A stretch of DNA of 32,000 nt from Wallemia ichthyophaga EXF-994 (Eukaryota; Fungi; Basidiomycota), in assembly GCF_000400465.1 (NCBI RefSeq), contig NW_008806282.1:390001-422000 (forward strand), written 5' to 3'. The position numbers and the translations under genes are program-made. Below are positions 31,301 through 32,000 of the stretch, in pieces (within the stretch, counting starts at the first letter, position 1; each line of letters begins with the position of its first letter). The notes under the pieces were generated by a model, which worked only from the letters and a program-made list of their open reading frames with translations, was not told the DNA's origin and made no database searches.

Positions 31301-31362
31301 CCAAGCAATCCAAGCAATCCAAGCAATCCAACCAAGCGTTATCAAGCGTTATCAAGCGTTAT
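31301..31362. repeat. Two adjacent tandem repeats: ccaagcaat x3 and caagcgttat x3
   Basis: Perfect copies at 31301-31327 and 31333-31362, in the convergent gap between H2B and eIF2B-epsilon. Confidence 0.9.
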
Positions 31363-31407
31363 CAATGTTTTTGCTGTATAATGCATTTCCATATATCGTA
31401 CACGTGT

Positions 31408-32000
31408 TTACTCGCTCTCACTCTCCTCACTCTCGCTCTCCGCTTCGAGCAATGCCTCGATGAATCTTCTCGACTTATCCCACAACGACTTAATCCCTCC
31501 ATCTGCCCTTGCCTGATCGAGTTTGTACCACGCGAAGAAGGCGTCCTCTGTAACGATTTCGTATTCGTAGAGAGCCCTCAACACGGCGAGGAAGATGTTT
31601 GCATGAGAAGCGTGGTGGATAGCGCAGAACTGCTGTGCTAATAGGACAGTGTGTGTCTGGTCCTCCTTGGTCATTTCGACGACGAGCGGCGCCCACCTGC
31701 CCAGCACATCTTCGACAGCCTTGTACGCCTGCACACCCTCACCAGCCTCCGTCTCCACCTTGCTGAGACAGAAGTCTACTACCACCTTGCGCACCTCCCC
31801 GAGAGGCACATTAGACGCCATGCGTAGTGTCTTCAACTCGATCGCGGCGTTCTCGGATGTGTGGCCCTCTTCGAATGCCCGCTCGAGGGACTGCGTGCAC
31901 TCGTGGGCAAAGTCAGCCGCGGCGCCAACTTTGCCGGCGTTTTCGAGCGTAAGGTTGTCAGTGGCGTGGTGGAGCTCGTCGTCGTCCTCCTCACTCTCGT
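31408..32000 (-). CDS. GCD6: Translation initiation factor eIF2B epsilon subunit, 3' part (W2/HEAT domain)
   Basis: FAHECTQSLERAFEEGHTSENAAIELKTLRMASNV, LYEYEIVTEDAFFAWY and an acidic tail; the 5' part lies beyond the window. Confidence 0.9.
   Translation of the reverse strand, partial: ESEEDDDELHHATDNLTLENAGKVGAAADFAHECTQSLERAFEEGHTSENAAIELKTLRMASNVPLGEVRKVVVDFCLSKVETEAGEGVQAYKAVEDVLGRWAPLVVEMTKEDQTHTVLLAQQFCAIHHASHANIFLAVLRALYEYEIVTEDAFFAWYKLDQARADGGIKSLWDKSRRFIEALLEAESESEESESE

Noticed and set aside
31301-31362. CRISPR-like or telomeric interpretation of the tandem repeats
   Set aside because: No spacers, only three copies per unit, an internal intergenic location and a eukaryotic context.

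Overview
Gene-dense eukaryotic (fungal) DNA with very short GT-AG introns (about 43-55 nt) and tiny intergenic gaps. The protein signatures are basidiomycete-like and the compactness is Wallemia-like (inference; no taxonomic search was possible). The first ~3.5 kb is visibly AT-richer and holds a tandem array that the ORF track misses because of introns: three intact two-exon genes for small secreted 10-cysteine proteins (109-115 aa, identical Cys spacing, shared phase-1 intron), a decayed fourth copy at the window edge, and an unresolved spliced membrane-protein gene next to them. From ~4.4 kb onward there is a run of housekeeping genes: EXO84, a CxxC-H-H hypothetical, TIM17, a Clr4/DIM-5-type SET methyltransferase, CUS2/TAT-SF1, TRP4, an INP54-like 5-phosphatase, FSF1 sideroflexin, a twin-CX9C protein, CIA2, a trypsin-like protease, UPF3, an MDR oxidoreductase ending in SKL, a TRAIP-like RING protein, RPN7, eIF2B-gamma, UTP13, an H2A/H2B pair and the 3' part of eIF2B-epsilon. 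No RNA genes, transposons or CRISPR arrays were recognised. All gene models were spliced by eye.
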